Shown here in pieces: positions 62,001 through 64,000 of a stretch of 64,000 nt of DNA. The first letter of the stretch is position 1, and each line of letters starts with the position of its first letter. The notes under the pieces were generated by a model. It saw only the letters and a program-made list of their open reading frames with translations. It was not told the origin of the DNA and made no database searches. Both the position numbers and the translations under genes were made by a program. Origin of the DNA: Klebsormidium nitens (Eukaryota; Plantae; Klebsormidiophyceae). The DNA lies in contig DF237331.1 in the NCBI GenBank assembly GCA_000708835.1, positions 1-64,000 on the forward strand, written 5' to 3'.

Positions 62001-63368
62001 CTTTGAACCGTCAGTTCAGCCACGCTGCTCAAACGAGAGCGGCGGCACGCTTCTTGAGAACGGGCCACGAGCACCATTCTCAAGACTTCGGCCCGCATCA
62101 TAGCAGCCAAGCAATCTGCTCGATAGAAAAGAGGAAAGCCCCTCCCCTACTAAAATCAATTAGACTACCCGTTTTACAGACATAGACTACCCCTTTTGCA
62201 CGGGTTTTCAGACCAAAAAAATGGGGAAAAAAAGAGAATTCGCTGAGGAATACATACGATCCAAGTGGGCTCGGTGTTCACATGATCAACTGTGACCAGA
62301 TTTGAGCTCTGCTCTGATCGAGCGGCTTCACCGAACGGCCGAGAGATCGGGCAGCATCAAAGCAAGAGTGCACAATGGCGACCCCGTCTCATTTCCAAGC
62401 GCGGATTCCAGGACGGACTGGTAACGTTTACGGATCACGTTTCTGCTTCTGGCGGTAACAAAAATGATAGCAGGGTAAACACAATAGCAGGGGGAATAAG
62501 TTCGACCAAGCAACCTGCTGACACGCACACCTTCGACTTCAACAGGTTGAGAGTTTTGTTCTGAGCAGCAAACAAAGTGGACAGAATGAGCTCCTGCCGT
62601 GGATAACCAGACTGTCAAGCCCTGGCGGGTACGAGAACTCCCAAAAAAAGAAGCACATGCAGCGTTGAGAGCACCGCTCACGTTCCAGCGACTGCACGGC
62701 CTGCAATCGTACGTCCTCGTGGAAGTACCCCGCCAGCTTCTTCAGCAGTTTCAGCGCCTCCTCTAGATACGGTACGAACGCTGTGCCGGCGTGCCGTGCG
62801 TATAGCCCCAGCGCCTGCGTGGAACAACATCGAGATTACATAAAATTACGTTATGTTAGGTTAGGTCACTGCCCAGAGAACAGACGGGGTCGCTTAGAAG
62901 TGTCAAATATATGCGGAGTTAAGGTGTATAGATTTAGATCACTGCCGGTAGACGGGTGGGTTTTAGGGGACGGAAGAGGTCCGAAGCCTGTGAAATTCAG
63001 ATTGTAAATTTTGTGTGCCTAAGCGACTAGGAGGACCTTTCTGCTTACCGTGAAACGTCAAGAGATAGATGAGGAGAAGTAGTAAAAACAACAACTTTTG
63101 CAACTCTATTGATTCGACTCAACGTAAGCCCGATCCAATAACAGAACCGAGACTCTACCTGCGTGGCGGCGCTCTTCTCGTCCAGCACGCCCGTCCGTAT
63201 GCTGAGGCTGGCGCGGCGGCGGTCCGAGTCGTCGTCCGAATCGGAGTCGGAAGAAAGGGCGGAGAGGGTGTTTTTGGCAGAGGGGGTGGCGGCAGACTCG
63301 TCGAAGAGGACTTGGCCGTCGTCCAGGTTGCAGGAGGCGAGCGTGAAGGGCATCACGTGGGGAAGGTA
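55852..63368 (-). CDS. IPO4: Importin-4 (Kap123/RanBP4-like karyopherin-beta), 3' ten exons; 5' part outside window
   Basis: Ten GT-AG exons with consistent phases total 1416 nt (471 aa + stop). Translation carries importin-4 hallmarks: ASCNLDDG, SIRTGVLDEKSAATQALGLY, GYFHEDVRLQA, DDDKNTVAQAC, EHDEVLMDAATDLMPALA, DRTMAVATVAEVA, RRNASYCVGKLC, VRDNAAAAVARMI, LPVFLQALPLTEDLDE. Confidence 0.92.
56555..56792 (-). CDS. IPO4: Importin-4 exon (238 nt) HYPALLSALYPLF...SPNE
   Basis: catcag| ... |gtgagg; phase 2/0. Confidence 0.9.
57149..57261 (-). CDS. IPO4: Importin-4 exon (113 nt) AVLPVAIQELG...EQAQ
   Basis: ctgcag| ... |gtatcc; phase 0/2. Confidence 0.88.
57849..57944 (-). CDS. IPO4: Importin-4 exon (96 nt) KATRPPSDRTM...LYVD
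   Basis: ctgcag| ... |gtgagt; phase 0/0. Confidence 0.9.
58540..58763 (-). CDS. IPO4: Importin-4 exon (224 nt) VQPISKAVLEFL...WKFA
   Basis: ttgcag| ... |gtgagt; phase 1/0. Confidence 0.9.
58840..58894 (-). pseudogene. Decayed duplicate (proximal) of the acceptor + 5' end of importin-4 exon 58540-58763, with in-frame TAG
   Basis: ttttcgcag|tc gtc TAG ctg atc gcg aaa ggg gtc ctc gag ctc ctc gaa caa vs real ttgcag|tc gta cag ccg atc tca aaa gcg gtc ctc gag ttc ctg gag cag. Confidence 0.85.
58961..59031 (-). pseudogene. Decayed duplicate (distal) of the same acceptor + exon start, with the same in-frame TAG
   Basis: ttttgcgcag|tc gtc TAG ccc atc tcg aag gcg gtc ttg gat ttc ctc aag cac aag gcc act cgt cag cta atg. 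Confidence 0.88.
59488..59610 (-). CDS. IPO4: Importin-4 exon (123 nt) VIVETYLRTFDQDDDK...GIEP
   Basis: ttgcag| ... |gtaagc; phase 1/1. Confidence 0.9.
60059..60089 (-). CDS. IPO4: Importin-4 micro-exon (31 nt) VLPPQVKHVL(D)
   Basis: ctgcag| ... |gtgggc; phase 0/1, restores the frame into the next exon. Confidence 0.75.
60369..60415 (-). CDS. IPO4: Importin-4 exon (47 nt) HLLSATVTAFPIPPSK
   Basis: ttgcag| ... |gtaagt; phase 1/0; fits the expected ...LKHIL... position. Confidence 0.75.
62682..62814 (-). CDS. IPO4: Importin-4 exon (133 nt) ALGLYAR...QSLE
   Basis: acgcag| ... |gtgagc; phase 0/1. Confidence 0.9.
63159..63368 (-). CDS. IPO4: Importin-4 exon (210 nt) YLPHVMP...SAATQ
   Basis: ttgcag| ... 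|gtagag; phase 0/0. Confidence 0.9.
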
Positions 63369-64000
63369 CTGCAACGAAAAAGGCTCGGAGTCTGAGGGTC
63401 GGACACCGAGGATCGACTTACTGCTTAGGCAAAAAGCTGGTCCTCGGAGGGCAGGATGAGGTCAGGGCATTAAGGTGCGATAGGGTGAGATGATGTAAGG
63501 ATGTCCCTTCCATCATCATCGGGATGCCCCAGCGGCCCTTCTCCGAAGAGGAGCGCCTTGGGGCGGCCGAAGCTCGAGGTAGGTCCCCCTTCAAAGGGAG
63601 TGCTTTCGCAGGAAGGATAGACCCGGGAAGGCTACGAGACCGCCAACCAGGGATTGCAAATTCCTGCTTAGATATTCCAAGCTGTCCGGTGTGGACATCC
63701 GTTGTGGACTTGATAACAATGAAGCAGGTTACTGACTGCCTGAGACCACCCCGAGAGAATGAGAGCAGTTCCGTGTGCGAAAAAGAACGCCAGGAAGATT
63801 CGCCTTCACGGATCTGTCCCCACCTAAAGCTGTTGTGAGAAGCAATCAGTGAGAAGCAATCAATGAGATGGCTCAGATTCGCCTCCAGTGCCGGGCACCC
63901 TTTTTGTGCCGCTCCTAGAAGATATCTTTGCCGTCGATTTGTAACGCTTCACCTTGCCGCTGACTCTCTGAAGCGGCTCGTCAGGAAAGTTCTCAATAAC

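Noticed and set aside
61880-62118. Candidate importin-4 exon cag|at tgc ttg gct gct (HCLAAM) and ORF 61880-62110
   Set aside because: No convincing in-phase donor; exon 60369-60415 has strong splice sites and fits better.

Overview
Eukaryotic, intron-rich DNA, probably from the green lineage: the importin-4 resembles the plant protein and the LTR primer-binding sites match plant-type tRNA-iMet. Only two host genes are supportable. One is an F-box-type gene (minus strand, ~5.5-6.8 kb). The other is the 3' ten exons of an importin-4/Kap123-like gene (minus strand, 55852-63368; its 5' part lies beyond the window). The ~49 kb between them has no intact host ORF. It holds a nested pair of young Ty1/copia LTR elements: an intact 4973-bp element with identical 264-bp LTRs and an AAAGC TSD, inserted into the gag of a ~2.5-kb gag+protease-only element. 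It also holds one TIR-bounded MITE (a second lies at ~1.1-1.5 kb) and a mosaic of old tandem/segmental duplications (periods ~1.05, ~1.39, ~3.4 and ~8 kb). The duplications are built from more than 40 decayed, same-strand copies of an unrecognised protein-like module (core W-[HR]-[QH]-x-x-[VP]-[LIF]-[LF]-A). Most notable: this module graveyard; decayed exon duplicates in importin-4 introns (two carry the same in-frame TAG behind intact-looking acceptors); the gag-protease-only retroelement; and a CpG-poor 5'/CpG-rich 3' split in both retroelements. All alignments and counts were done by eye.
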